Source of the DNA: Candidatus Shapirobacteria bacterium
GTDB taxonomy: Bacteria; Patescibacteriota; Microgenomatia; UM-FILTER-40-11
DNA: 64,000 bases
Assembly (NCBI GenBank): GCA_020059745.1
Contig: JAGVBK010000004.1
Span: forward strand, 242,511 to 306,510
Direction: 5' to 3'
This document shows, piece by piece, positions 47,178 through 56,999 of this stretch. Within the stretch, counting starts at the first letter, position 1. Every line of letters begins with the position of its first letter. The notes beneath the pieces were generated by a model that was not told the origin of the DNA, did not search any database, and saw nothing but the letters and a program-made list of their open reading frames with translations. A program made the translations under genes and the position numbers.

Positions 47178-48254
47178 ATGAGTCGACAAAAAAAGGAGAA
47201 CAACATGACAGATACCGGAACTTCACAAAAACTTCAGGCCATAAAACTGGCTATGGATCAGATCGAAAAACAATACGGTAAGGGTTCAATTATGCGTTTA
47301 GGAGAAAACCCCGCTGGAAAAGTTGCCGCAGAAGTAATTCCCACCGGCACGATTGCTTTAGATATTGCTTTGGGAGTTGGTGGTGTTCCCCGGGGAAGGA
47401 TTGTTGAAATCTATGGGCCTGAAGCTTCGGGAAAAACTACAATTGCTCTTTCCATTGTTGCCCAGGCGCAAAAGATGGGCGGCACCGCTGCTTTCGTTGA
47501 TGCAGAACATGCCATGGATCCGATTTGGGCCCAGGAAATTGGAGTTAATTTAGACGAGCTTTTAGTTTCCCAGCCCGATACTGGCGAACAGGCTTTGGAG
47601 ATTGTGGAAACCTTAGTAAGAAGCGGAGCAGTTGATGTCATTGTGGTTGACTCAGTGGCGGCTTTGGTTCCAAGGGCGGAAATTGAAGGAGAAATGGGAG
47701 ACGCAATGGTTGGTGTTCAGGCGAGGCTTATGTCTCAGGCTTTAAGAAAGCTGACTGGTGCTATTTCTCGTTCAAAATCAGTTGTTATTTTCACTAACCA
47801 GCTTCGCCAAAAAATTGGGGTAATGTTTGGCAACCCCGAAACAACTCCCGGAGGTTTGGCTTTAAAGTTCTATGCCTCAGTAAGAATGGATTCAAGAAAA
47901 ATAGAAACCCTTAAAGAGGGAGACGAAGTTGTTGGCTCCCGCCACAGGGTTAGGGTGGTTAAAAACAAGGTAGCGCCTCCTTTTAAAGTAGCGGAGTTTG
48001 ACATTCTAAGTAACGGCGGAATTTCCCATGTTGGTGGAGTTTTTGATGTGGCGGTTGACCTCGAGGTTATTTCCAAGTCAGGAGCTTTTTACCGTTACGG
48101 CGAAACCATGCTTGGCCAGGGGAAAATAGCTGCAATTGCTTACCTCTCTGAAAACCCGAAGCTTTTAAAGGAAATTGAAGAAAAGCTTTGGAAGGCTGTT
48201 AAGAGCGGCAAGGCAGCAGAAGAAAAGATCATTGGCCAAGAAACCAAAGAGTAA
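47178..48254 (+). CDS. recA: recombinase A (alternative start 47205)
   Basis: [38 protein letters not shown]. Confidence 0.98.
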   Translation: MSRQKKENNMTDTGTSQKLQAIKLAMDQIEKQYGKGSIMRLGENPAGKVAAEVIPTGTIALDIALGVGGVPRGRIVEIYGPEASGKTTIALSIVAQAQKMGGTAAFVDAEHAMDPIWAQEIGVNLDELLVSQPDTGEQALEIVETLVRSGAVDVIVVDSVAALVPRAEIEGEMGDAMVGVQARLMSQALRKLTGAISRSKSVVIFTNQLRQKIGVMFGNPETTPGGLALKFYASVRMDSRKIETLKEGDEVVGSRHRVRVVKNKVAPPFKVAEFDILSNGGISHVGGVFDVAVDLEVISKSGAFYRYGETMLGQGKIAAIAYLSENPKLLKEIEEKLWKAVKSGKAAEEKIIGQETKE

Positions 48255-48883
48255 TGCCCCAAATTACGGCTATAAAGCTCCAGAAAAAAAATGACCGCTA
48301 CAATGTCTTTGTTGATGGCGAATTCCTTTTTTCTTTGCCTTCAGAAATTATTTTAAGAGAGAACCTCAAACAAGGGAGCACAATTTCTTCGGGAAAAATC
48401 CAAGAGCTTATTAAGGAAAGCGAGTTTGCAGCTGTTTTTGATAAAGTTTTAAGATTTCTTTCTTATCGTCCCCGCAGCTTTTTTGAAATTGAAGGCTATC
48501 TTGAAAAAAACAAAGTGGGCAAAGAAACCCAAAAGCTGGTTAAGAATAAGCTTGGCTCTCTTAAGCTGATTGACGATGAGGCTTTTGTACGCTGGTGGAT
48601 TGAACAAAGAACTAAGTTTCGTCCTAAAGGCCGATATTTTATTATTGCCGAGCTTAACCAGAAGGGAATTGCCAAGGACTTAATTGAAAAAGTTTTGCCT
48701 GAGGAAAGGACTAAAGATGACGAGCGAAGTGTTGCCCAAAAAATTGCCCTTAAAAAGCTTGAGAGAATAAAAAACCTGCCGGAAAACGAAAAAAAATTAA
48801 AACTTTATAGTGCTCTTTCCCAAAGAGGTTTTTCTTACGACATAATCAAGGAAATTGTTGATAAAGTCCTTGAAAAAGAGTAA
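48254..48883 (+). CDS. recX: regulatory protein RecX
   Basis: Follows recA; LSYRPRS, IDDEAF, ELNQKGI, QRGFSY. Confidence 0.92.
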   Translation: MPQITAIKLQKKNDRYNVFVDGEFLFSLPSEIILRENLKQGSTISSGKIQELIKESEFAAVFDKVLRFLSYRPRSFFEIEGYLEKNKVGKETQKLVKNKLGSLKLIDDEAFVRWWIEQRTKFRPKGRYFIIAELNQKGIAKDLIEKVLPEERTKDDERSVAQKIALKKLERIKNLPENEKKLKLYSALSQRGFSYDIIKEIVDKVLEKE

Positions 48884-49000
48884 AATTAACATACTTAAGG
48901 AAAAACTTATAGAAGAATAAGTAGAAAATGAAGAAACAAAGCAAAAACACAATTTTTCTTCTAAGACTTGCCCTCGAGGGGTGAGTTTCTTTTTGTTTTT
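48858..49000 (+). promoter_or_regulatory. rny promoter and leader with uORF and terminator-like hairpin
   Basis: TTGATA-17-TAAAAT (48858-48886); uORF 48928-48984; AGACTTGCCC/GGGTGAGTTT + T-tract. Confidence 0.5.
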
Positions 49001-49040
49001 CCAAGAGTTTTATATTTGAAGGATAATTATTGGAGGAAAA

Positions 49041-50549
49041 ATGTCACTCTTGGATAAAATTTCAGAACTCATAAAAAAGCAGCAGCAGCTTGAAAAAAGG
49101 CTGTCCCAGCTTGAAACAGGTAATCAAAAAGAGGCCGATTCTTCACCTAAGCCTTCCCGGGTTGACTTAACGGTTTACGAAACACAAGCGAGGGAGCTTT
49201 TAGCTCAAGCCAGGGAAGAAGCTTCAAAAATAAAAGAAGAAGCTTCAAAAATAAAAGAAGAGGCCTTAAGGCTTAAAAACGAATCTTTGCAAAAAGAAGT
49301 TGAGGTTGACCGGAAAGTTGGGGCAATTGAGGAAAGGGAAAGGCTTCTTAATGAACAGAAAAATGAACTTGAAAAAAGGGTTTCCGATCTTGAAGAAGCA
49401 AGAAAAGAGCAACTTCAGAGGCTTGAAAAAATTGCTTCCCTTACCAAGGACGAAGCTAAAAAACTAATCCTTGAGGCAACTGAAAAAAGGGTTAGTGACG
49501 AAATTGCTCAAAGAATTAGAGAGGGTGAAGAGGAAGTTAAGGCTACGGTTCAGGAAAAAGCTAAGGAAATATTGATTGAGGCGATGAAACACGGAGCAGT
49601 TGATTACACGGCCGAATACACTGTTTCTGCCATCAGGCTTCCTGACGAAGAAATGAAAGGAAGAATTATTGGAAAAGAAGGAAGAAATATTAGGGCCTTT
49701 GAGGTGGCTACCGGAGTTGAGGTTGAGCTTGACGAAAGCCTTGATATTAGGCTTTCTTCCTTTGATCCAATAAGAAGAGAAGTTGCCAAAAGATCGCTTG
49801 AAAAGCTGATAAAAGATGGTCGAATTCAACCTCAGCGGATTGAGGAAATTGTGACAAAAACAAAGCAGGAAGTGGAAAGAATACTTTTTGAAGAAGGCGA
49901 AAAGCTTTGCCGCGCCGTTAAGGTTTATAATCTGCACCCTGATCTAATAAAGCTTTTAGGAAGATATAAATTCCGTTTTTCTTATGGTCAAAATATGATC
50001 GTTCATACTCTTGAGGAAACAAAAATCGGGATTGCCATTGCCGACGAACTTGGCGCTGATGTGCCCATTGTCCGCTTAGCCTGTCTTCTTCACGATATTG
50101 GTAAAGTAGTTACCGACGAAGAAGGAAGCCATATTGAACTTGGTGTTGATCTTTTGAAAAAATACAGGATTCCTGAAAAAGTTATAAACTGTGTGGCTGA
50201 GCATCACGAAGATAGACCCTTTTCTTCAGTTGAATCAGCGATAGTTTGGATAGCTGATGCTATTTCCGGCTCCAGACCGGGAGCGAGATATGAGCCACAC
50301 GAAGATTATGTTAAAAGAATGACTGACATTGAAGAAATCGCCAAATCTTTCCCCGGCGTTGCCGAGGTCGCAGCTTATCAGGCAGGAAGGGAAGTGCGGG
50401 TGATTGTGGAACCGGAAAAAATTAATGACGCGGAAATGACGGTTTTAGTTGACAAAATTGTCAAAAAGCTTGAGGAAGAGGCGAAATGGGCCGGTCAGAT
50501 AAAAGTAACGGCTATCAGGGAAACAAGGTCCGTCGGCGTGGCTAAGTAA
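49041..50549 (+). CDS. rny: ribonuclease Y
   Basis: Coiled coil, KH (KGRIIGKEGRNI), HD (LLHDIGK), ADAISGSRPGAR. Confidence 0.96.
   Translation: MSLLDKISELIKKQQQLEKRLSQLETGNQKEADSSPKPSRVDLTVYETQARELLAQAREEASKIKEEASKIKEEALRLKNESLQKEVEVDRKVGAIEERERLLNEQKNELEKRVSDLEEARKEQLQRLEKIASLTKDEAKKLILEATEKRVSDEIAQRIREGEEEVKATVQEKAKEILIEAMKHGAVDYTAEYTVSAIRLPDEEMKGRIIGKEGRNIRAFEVATGVEVELDESLDIRLSSFDPIRREVAKRSLEKLIKDGRIQPQRIEEIVTKTKQEVERILFEEGEKLCRAVKVYNLHPDLIKLLGRYKFRFSYGQNMIVHTLEETKIGIAIADELGADVPIVRLACLLHDIGKVVTDEEGSHIELGVDLLKKYRIPEKVINCVAEHHEDRPFSSVESAIVWIADAISGSRPGARYEPHEDYVKRMTDIEEIAKSFPGVAEVAAYQAGREVRVIVEPEKINDAEMTVLVDKIVKKLEEEAKWAGQIKVTAIRETRSVGVAK
49215..49256 (+). repeat. 21-bp exact tandem duplication in rny
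   Basis: GAAGAAGCTTCAAAAATAAAA x2 (EEASKIK x2). Confidence 0.9.
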
Positions 50550-50592
50550 CATTGACTTTGCCTAGCAATTGCTATATCATAGCTGTAAGAAA

Positions 50593-50865
50593 ATGAAAAA
50601 AATTGATCTTATTGAAATTGTTGCCGATAAAGCCCATTTAACCAGAAAAGCTTCAAAAGAATCAATTGAAACTTTTCTTTCTGAAGTGGAGAAAGCACTA
50701 TCCAAAGGCGAAAAAGTTGTTATCTCCGGGTTTGGGACTTTTAAAAGTGTTTTGGTAAAAGATAAAGCGGTGATAAATCCCCAAACTAAACAAAAGCAAG
50801 TAGTTAAGTCCCATCGGGTAGCCCGCTTCACTCCGGGAAGAAGCCTCAAAAAATCAGTTAAATAA
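50593..50865 (+). CDS. hup: DNA-binding protein HU
   Basis: GEKVVISGFGTF, INPQT, FTPGRSLK. Confidence 0.93.
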   Translation: MKKIDLIEIVADKAHLTRKASKESIETFLSEVEKALSKGEKVVISGFGTFKSVLVKDKAVINPQTKQKQVVKSHRVARFTPGRSLKKSVK

Positions 50866-50929
50866 ATTTCCCCAGTTTTGGTTGCTTATAAGCCTAAAAA
50901 GCTCTATTATGTTAGCAGCTTTAAGCTTT

Positions 50930-51916
50930 ATGGACTCTATAATTAATGTTTCAAATTTAAAAAAGTTTTATCAGGTGAGTAAACCTGAGCCTGGCCTTTT
51001 GGGCTCAATTAAGTCTTTAGTTAACCGCAAGTACGAAGAAGTAAAAGCAGTTGACGGAATTTCTTTCAAAATAAATGAAGGCGAGCTGGTTGGTTTTATC
51101 GGACCTAATGGTGCCGGCAAAACCACTACTCTTAAGTGTCTTTCCGGGCTTTTGCATTATGATTCCGGTTTTGTTTCTGTTTTTGGTTTTAATCCTTGGG
51201 AAAGAAAAGACGAATTTTTAAAACAAATTGCCCTGGTAATGGGTCAGAAAAATCAGCTTTGGTGGGATTTGCCTCCGATTGAAACTTTTAACCTCAATAA
51301 AGTTATTTATGAAATTCCGGAAAAAGAATATAAAGACAGCCTTGAAGAGCTTACCAGCCTTCTTGAAGTGAAGGATGTAATTAACATCCAAACCCGTAAG
51401 CTTTCTTTGGGCCAGAGAATGAAATGCGAACTAATTGCTTCTCTTTTGCATGGTCCCAAAGTGCTTTTTTTGGACGAGCCTACTATTGGTCTTGATGTTG
51501 TTTCTCAGAAAAAAATCAGAGACTTCATCAGAGCCTATAACCAAAAAATGAAATCAACCATTATTCTTACTTCTCATTACATGGACGATGTTAAAGAGCT
51601 ATGCAAAAGAATTGTCATTATTGATAAAGGCAGGCTGATTTTTGACGGCAAACTTGAAGAAGTAACAGCCAGGTTTGCGGACCACAAAATTATATCCGTG
51701 GTTTTTGCTAAAGACGTTGACCCAAAAAAACTTGAAAAAATAGGCCAGGTAAGAGAGTATTCATTTCCCAAAGCAGTATTTTTTGTCAAGAGGGAAGTGG
51801 CTTCTGTTGCTGCTTCTGAACTTTTGCAGAATTTTCCCATTGCCGACCTTAACATTGAAGAAGTGCCCATTGAAGACATTATCAGAGAGGTTTTTACCGG
51901 GAAAAATTTTGCATGA
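50930..51916 (+). CDS. ABC transporter ATP-binding protein
   Basis: GPNGAGKTT, LSLGQRM, LDEPTIGLD. Confidence 0.93.
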   Translation: MDSIINVSNLKKFYQVSKPEPGLLGSIKSLVNRKYEEVKAVDGISFKINEGELVGFIGPNGAGKTTTLKCLSGLLHYDSGFVSVFGFNPWERKDEFLKQIALVMGQKNQLWWDLPPIETFNLNKVIYEIPEKEYKDSLEELTSLLEVKDVINIQTRKLSLGQRMKCELIASLLHGPKVLFLDEPTIGLDVVSQKKIRDFIRAYNQKMKSTIILTSHYMDDVKELCKRIVIIDKGRLIFDGKLEEVTARFADHKIISVVFAKDVDPKKLEKIGQVREYSFPKAVFFVKREVASVAASELLQNFPIADLNIEEVPIEDIIREVFTGKNFA

Positions 51917-52713
51917 TAAAAAAATATGCTCAGATTTTCAAAATTACTTTTGAAGAATACTTTGCTTACCGCTTAAACTTCTTTTTGTGGCGCTTCAGAA
52001 ATTTTGTTTCTTTTTTTGCCTTAGTAATTTTTTGGTTAGCTATTTATGGTGTCGGAGAGAATGTTTTTGGTTACGAAAAGTCGCAGATGATTACCTACCT
52101 TATTGGCATTGCCTTTTTAAGAAGTTTGGTTTTAGCTTCCCGTTCATTTGAAATTTCAAGACACATCCGTCGGGGGGAGCTGAGTCGCTATCTTCTCTGG
52201 CCACTAAGTATTAACAGTTTTTGGTTTGGCCGGGATTTAGCTGATAAAAGCATTAATTTAATCTTTGCTTTTTTTGAAATTGGCCTAGTTATTTTGATTT
52301 TTAAGCTCAACCTTTATTTTCCTCAAAGCCCGGCTAATTGGATATTTTTTATTGTCCTTGTTTTGCTTTCTACCCTTCTTTACTATTTTTTAAGCTTTTG
52401 TATTTCCATTCTTGCTTTTTGGACTGAGGATGTTTGGGCTACCCGCTGGCTCTTAGGAATTATCTTTTTAGAGTTTTTGTCAGGAGCCTTCTTTCCTTTA
52501 GATATTCTTCCCGGCTGGCTCTCAAGGGTTGTTTATTTTACCCCTTTTCCTTATCTTGTTTTTTTTCCGCTTAAGATTTGGTTGGGTCAGGTAGCCATTG
52601 GGGAAAGCTTTAGAGTTTTGGCAATTACTATTTTTTGGCTGGGTCTTTTTTACTTTTTATCAAGCTATCTTTGGAAAAAAGGATTCAGAAAATATGGCGC
52701 TTATGGCGGATAA
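51913..52713 (+). CDS. ABC-2 family permease
   Basis: Multi-TM; IRRGELSRYLLWP, LSGAFFPL. Confidence 0.88.
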   Translation: MIKKYAQIFKITFEEYFAYRLNFFLWRFRNFVSFFALVIFWLAIYGVGENVFGYEKSQMITYLIGIAFLRSLVLASRSFEISRHIRRGELSRYLLWPLSINSFWFGRDLADKSINLIFAFFEIGLVILIFKLNLYFPQSPANWIFFIVLVLLSTLLYYFLSFCISILAFWTEDVWATRWLLGIIFLEFLSGAFFPLDILPGWLSRVVYFTPFPYLVFFPLKIWLGQVAIGESFRVLAITIFWLGLFYFLSSYLWKKGFRKYGAYGG

Positions 52714-53518
52714 AAAAATAAAAAAAATCAATTTAAAAAAACTTTTAAGAGTTTGGTTTGCAATTGCAAAGATTGCAGTCCAGGACCAAATGATAAGCAG
52801 TTTAAGCGGTTATCTGTTTTTAGTGGGAAAGATCTTTAGATTCCTTTTTCTTTTTGTTTTCCTTTTTTCCGTTCTTTCTGCCACTAAAACCCTTTCTGGT
52901 TATACCAGAGAGCAGGTGGTTGTCTTCTTTTTAGTTTTTTATCTTGTCGATACTATGTCCCAGTCTCTTTTCCGTGGAGTTTATTGGTTCAGGGCCTTAA
53001 TTGTCTCCGGGGACTATGATTTTGACTTGCTTAAACCCATGCCTTCTTTTTTTAGGCCGGTTTTTGGCTGGACAGATATTTTTGATCTTATTACCCTTTT
53101 TTTCCTTTTAGGTTATTTTGCTTGGTTTGCGGTAACAAGAGGTCTTGTTTCTGGTTTAGAAAGTGTTTTTCTTTTTACCCTTCTTTTTGTAAACAGCTTG
53201 GTAATTTCTTTTGGCATTCATCTTTTTGTTTGTGCGGTCGGTGTTTTAACAACTGAAATTGATCACCTTATTATGGTTTATCGCGATGTCAGCAACATGG
53301 CTCGCTTTCCCACTGATATTTATCCCCAGGGAATCAGGTTAATTCTTACTTTTGTTATCCCTGTAGTTGTTCTAATAACTGTACCGGCAAAGTCCATCCT
53401 TGGTCTTCTCTCTCTGCCATGGGTAATTATTTCGGTTTTACTCGCAGGGACTTTTCTTTATAGCTCTTTAAGATTTTGGAAATATGCCTTGGCAAAATAT
53501 TCAAGCGCCAGTTCGTAA
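52703..53518 (+). CDS. ABC-2 family permease
   Basis: Multi-TM; GDYDFDLLKP, RFPTDIY, YSSASS. Confidence 0.88.
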   Translation: MADKKIKKINLKKLLRVWFAIAKIAVQDQMISSLSGYLFLVGKIFRFLFLFVFLFSVLSATKTLSGYTREQVVVFFLVFYLVDTMSQSLFRGVYWFRALIVSGDYDFDLLKPMPSFFRPVFGWTDIFDLITLFFLLGYFAWFAVTRGLVSGLESVFLFTLLFVNSLVISFGIHLFVCAVGVLTTEIDHLIMVYRDVSNMARFPTDIYPQGIRLILTFVIPVVVLITVPAKSILGLLSLPWVIISVLLAGTFLYSSLRFWKYALAKYSSASS

Positions 53519-53577
53519 GCTTCCGAGAAATTTATGAAAAGAAGCGAAAAGGACGCTTGGCTGATATAATAAGTGCC

Positions 53578-54657
53578 ATGAAATATTTCATCAAGACCTT
53601 CGGCTGCCAGATGAATGTGGCTGATTCGGAAAGGATCAGCGGTTGGTATCAACAAAAAGGCTGGCAAGAAGCAGGAGAGGTTAGCGAAGCCGACGAGGTG
53701 ATAATTAATTCCTGTTCGGTGAGACAAAGCGCTGAAAACAGGGTTTATGGCTTGGTTAATAACCTTTCAAAATTAAAAAGAAAGCCAAAAATTATTTTAA
53801 CAGGCTGCATGCTTCGGCTGCCTAAAAGAGTTTTAATAAAAAAACTACCGGCAGTTGACGAATTTAGGCCAATAAAGGATTTTTATTCAGGTTTTCCGTT
53901 AAGAAAAGATAAAAACCATGCCTGGATACCGATATCAAACGGTTGTAACAACTTCTGCACTTACTGTGTGGTACCTTATGCCAGGGGAAAAGAGATTTCC
54001 AGGCCCCTTGAGGAAATCGTTTGTGAAGTAGAAGAATTGGTAAATAGGGGGTATAAAGAAATCACCCTTTTGGGTCAAAACGTCAACAGTTACGGTAAAG
54101 ATTTAAAGAATTTTCAATTTTCAATTGACAATTTTCATTCAATTCCGCAATTATTAAATTTTCAAACAAAATATGAAACACCGTTCGCAATTTTACTTGA
54201 AGTGCTTCATCAAATAGAAGGAGTTGGAAAAATCTCTTTTATTACCTCAAACCCTTGGGATCTTAATGACGAAATTATTGAAGCAATTAGTTTGCCTAAA
54301 ATTGACCGCAATCTTCACCTTCCCGTTCAGTCGGGTGATGATGAAATTCTAAAAAAAATGAATCGCAAATACACTAAAAAAAAGTATCTTGACCTTGTTA
54401 AAAAAATTAAAAAGAAAATTCCCGAGATAAAAATAAGCACCGATATTATTGTTGGTTTTCCCGGAGAAACTGAAGAGCAGTTTATGGAAAGCGTTAAACT
54501 GGCTAAAAAGGTAGGTTTTGACAAGGCGTATATTGCCATTTACTCGCCCAGAGAAGGAACAGCCGCCTTTAAGCTAAAAGATAATATCTCTTTTAGAGAA
54601 AAGAAAAAAAGGTGGAAGATTCTTGATGAGCTTATTAATCATAATAGAACTTTTTAA
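53578..54657 (+). CDS. miaB: tRNA methylthiotransferase MiaB family (no TRAM domain seen)
   Basis: TFGCQMNVADSE, NSCSVR, radical SAM CNNFCTYC, TDIIVGFPGET; adjacent to miaA. Confidence 0.9.
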   Translation: MKYFIKTFGCQMNVADSERISGWYQQKGWQEAGEVSEADEVIINSCSVRQSAENRVYGLVNNLSKLKRKPKIILTGCMLRLPKRVLIKKLPAVDEFRPIKDFYSGFPLRKDKNHAWIPISNGCNNFCTYCVVPYARGKEISRPLEEIVCEVEELVNRGYKEITLLGQNVNSYGKDLKNFQFSIDNFHSIPQLLNFQTKYETPFAILLEVLHQIEGVGKISFITSNPWDLNDEIIEAISLPKIDRNLHLPVQSGDDEILKKMNRKYTKKKYLDLVKKIKKKIPEIKISTDIIVGFPGETEEQFMESVKLAKKVGFDKAYIAIYSPREGTAAFKLKDNISFREKKKRWKILDELINHNRTF

Positions 54658-54670
54658 ACAATCAATTTAA

Positions 54671-55633
54671 ATGACTAATTCATTTGATAAGATTGGCGTT
54701 ATTTGCGGGCCAACCGCTACCGGAAAAACAAATCTGGCCATTAAACTGGCAAAAATATTTAAAGGAGAAATAATTTCAGCTGACTCAAGACAAGTTTACC
54801 GGCAGATGGATATTATTACCGGAAAGGATTTACCCAGGGGCTCAAAGTTTAATCTTATTTTTGAAGACAAAAAAAGAAGGGTTGGCTATTATCTTTTTGA
54901 GGGTATCCCGGTTTGGCTTCTTGATGTTGTCTCTCCAAAACAAAGATTTAGCGCGGCTGACTTTTACGAGCTTTCTTTAAAGGTTATTGAGATAATTCTT
55001 GGTAAAAGGAAACTGCCGATTATTGCCGGCGGAACTGGTTTTTATATTAAAACTATAACTGACAATATTGAAACCCTTGGTATTCCTCCGGATTGGAAGC
55101 TGCGGGAAAAACTGTCTTCTTATTCTGCCGTTACGCTTCTTAAAATCCTGGACAACCTGGATCCTGAGCGTAGCAGAAGGATGAATGAAAGTGATAAAAA
55201 AAATCCTAGAAGACTGGTTAGGGCAATTGAAATAAGCAAAAACCCAAAAATTAAAAAAGAATCAAAAAAATTTGATTTCTATTTAGCTGGTTTAAAGGCA
55301 TCAAACAGTTTTCTTTATGAAAAAATTGACCAAAGAGTGGAGGAAAGAGTTTCCAGTGGAGCCGAAGATGAGGTTAAATCTCTTTTAAAAAAAGGGTATC
55401 ACTGGTCGAATTCAGCTTTGGGAACAACCATTGGTTATAAAGAATGGAGAGGTTGTTTTGAGAATAAAGAAAAAAAAGGAGAGGTGATAAAAAAATGGAA
55501 ATTTGCCGAGCATGAATATGCCAGAAAGCAGTTAACCTGGTTTAAAAAAATAGCGAACCTGTCATGGTATTTAATTTCCGAAGAAGGTTGGCAAGAAAGT
55601 CTAGAAAAAGATTTTAAAGATTGGTATAGTTAA
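54671..55633 (+). CDS. miaA: tRNA dimethylallyltransferase
   Basis: GPTATGKT, SADSRQVY, GGTGFY, YARKQLTWF. Confidence 0.96.
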   Translation: MTNSFDKIGVICGPTATGKTNLAIKLAKIFKGEIISADSRQVYRQMDIITGKDLPRGSKFNLIFEDKKRRVGYYLFEGIPVWLLDVVSPKQRFSAADFYELSLKVIEIILGKRKLPIIAGGTGFYIKTITDNIETLGIPPDWKLREKLSSYSAVTLLKILDNLDPERSRRMNESDKKNPRRLVRAIEISKNPKIKKESKKFDFYLAGLKASNSFLYEKIDQRVEERVSSGAEDEVKSLLKKGYHWSNSALGTTIGYKEWRGCFENKEKKGEVIKKWKFAEHEYARKQLTWFKKIANLSWYLISEEGWQESLEKDFKDWYS

Positions 55634-55636
55634 ATC

Positions 55637-56617
55637 ATGCCAAAAAAGATTGAAATTTCGCACAGGACAATTATTTTTACAGCAGCTTTTGTTTTGGGCT
55701 TATGGTTTCTTTATCTTATAAGATCTATTCTTCTTGTTGTCTTTGTTGCCTTTATTTTAATGTTTTCTTTAAATCCTTCTGTCAAAAAACTGGAGAGGCT
55801 CGGAATGTCTCGCTGGCTTGGCATTTTAATTATTTATATTTTATCTTTGGCGATATTGATTTTAACTATCAGCGGCATTGTTCCTCCTTTGGTGGAGCAA
55901 ACTTCAAAATTGATTAACCAAATTCCCGAGTTTTTCACCCAGTTTAGAATTTTAGGAATTGACGAAACGGTGATTGCTTCCCAACTAAGCCAGTTTGCTT
56001 CCTTGCCGACCAATATCATCAGGTTTTTGCTTAATGTGTTTTCTAATGTTTTAAGCGTTCTTGCTTTAGCGGTAATTACATATTACTTGCTTTTGGAAAG
56101 AAGAAGAATGGACGAGCATCTGACTCTTTTGTTTGGTGAAAGTCGCGAAAAGGAAATAGAAAAAGTGATAGACGGTATTGAGGCAAGGTTGGGTGGTTGG
56201 GTCAGAGGCGAGCTTTTGCTGATGACTTTTGTGGGAATAATAACCTACATTGGCTATACAATTATTGGTTTGCCCTTTGCCCTTCCATTAGCAATTCTGG
56301 CTTTTTTGCTCGAACTTTTGCCAAATGTCGGGCCTACTGTTGCTGCTATTCCAGCTATCCTTATCGGTTTTACCATTTCGCCGCTTACCGCCTTGGCCGC
56401 CGCAGGCTGGGCTTTTTTAGTTCAACAGGTTGAAAACTCAATTTTGGTGCCAAGGATTATGGAGAAAACTGCCCATATTAATCCGCTAATTTCTCTTATT
56501 TCCCTCGCTATTGGCTTTGAGCTTGCCGGGGTTGGCGGTGCGATTCTGGCAATTCCCACTTATCTTACCGTGGAAACTATCGCCAGGAAGGTTTTTTCTT
56601 CAGAAAAGTTTAAATAA
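55637..56617 (+). CDS. AI-2E family transporter
   Basis: Multi-TM; LPNVGP, QQVENSILVPRIM, GAILAIP. Confidence 0.9.
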   Translation: MPKKIEISHRTIIFTAAFVLGLWFLYLIRSILLVVFVAFILMFSLNPSVKKLERLGMSRWLGILIIYILSLAILILTISGIVPPLVEQTSKLINQIPEFFTQFRILGIDETVIASQLSQFASLPTNIIRFLLNVFSNVLSVLALAVITYYLLLERRRMDEHLTLLFGESREKEIEKVIDGIEARLGGWVRGELLLMTFVGIITYIGYTIIGLPFALPLAILAFLLELLPNVGPTVAAIPAILIGFTISPLTALAAAGWAFLVQQVENSILVPRIMEKTAHINPLISLISLAIGFELAGVGGAILAIPTYLTVETIARKVFSSEKFK

Positions 56618-56621
56618 TAAA

Positions 56622-56959
56622 GGTTAAAGATTCGTAAGCCAGATTCTGTTTAGGAAACATCTATCTTTGCTCTTGCCCCAACTCTCGGGAAAGCATCCTT
56701 AAAAACGAGTTGGCCGAAGATTGCAGCGGGGAGGATTGCCCCACTTTGCTAAAGCTTCGCGGGGCAAGCCCCTCTTACTCTAGACGAAGTGCACCCAGTA
56801 GCTTGGTCGTTTCACCCGGCGTCACCCGGATCGTCACTGTTGCTCTTACTAGGTCCGGTGTAACACCGGACTTCCCGATTTGCATCGGGACACCCTGCTT
56901 TCTGCTGTCTGGACTTTCCTGCCCGGTGTAACACCGGACTAATTTCCCGATCTTTAACC
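56622..56959 (-). ncRNA. rnpB: RNase P RNA
   Basis: Minus strand AGGAAAGTCC, GCAACAG, GTGAAACG, ACAGAATCTGGCTTA; terminal P1 GGTTAAAGAT/ATCTTTAACC; TATAAT upstream. Confidence 0.92.
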
Positions 56960-56999
56960 AGCCTTGATTATACCAAAAAATGAGGGTAAAATCAATTCT

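Noticed and set aside
46991-47206. 71-aa minus-strand ORF
   Set aside because: Runs through tRNA-Pro; spurious.
47178-48254. Intein or intron in recA (also checked rpoB and rpoC)
   Set aside because: Lengths are ordinary and no splicing or homing-endonuclease motifs were seen.
56710-56931. 73-aa ORF
   Set aside because: Antisense to RNase P RNA; no protein-like features.
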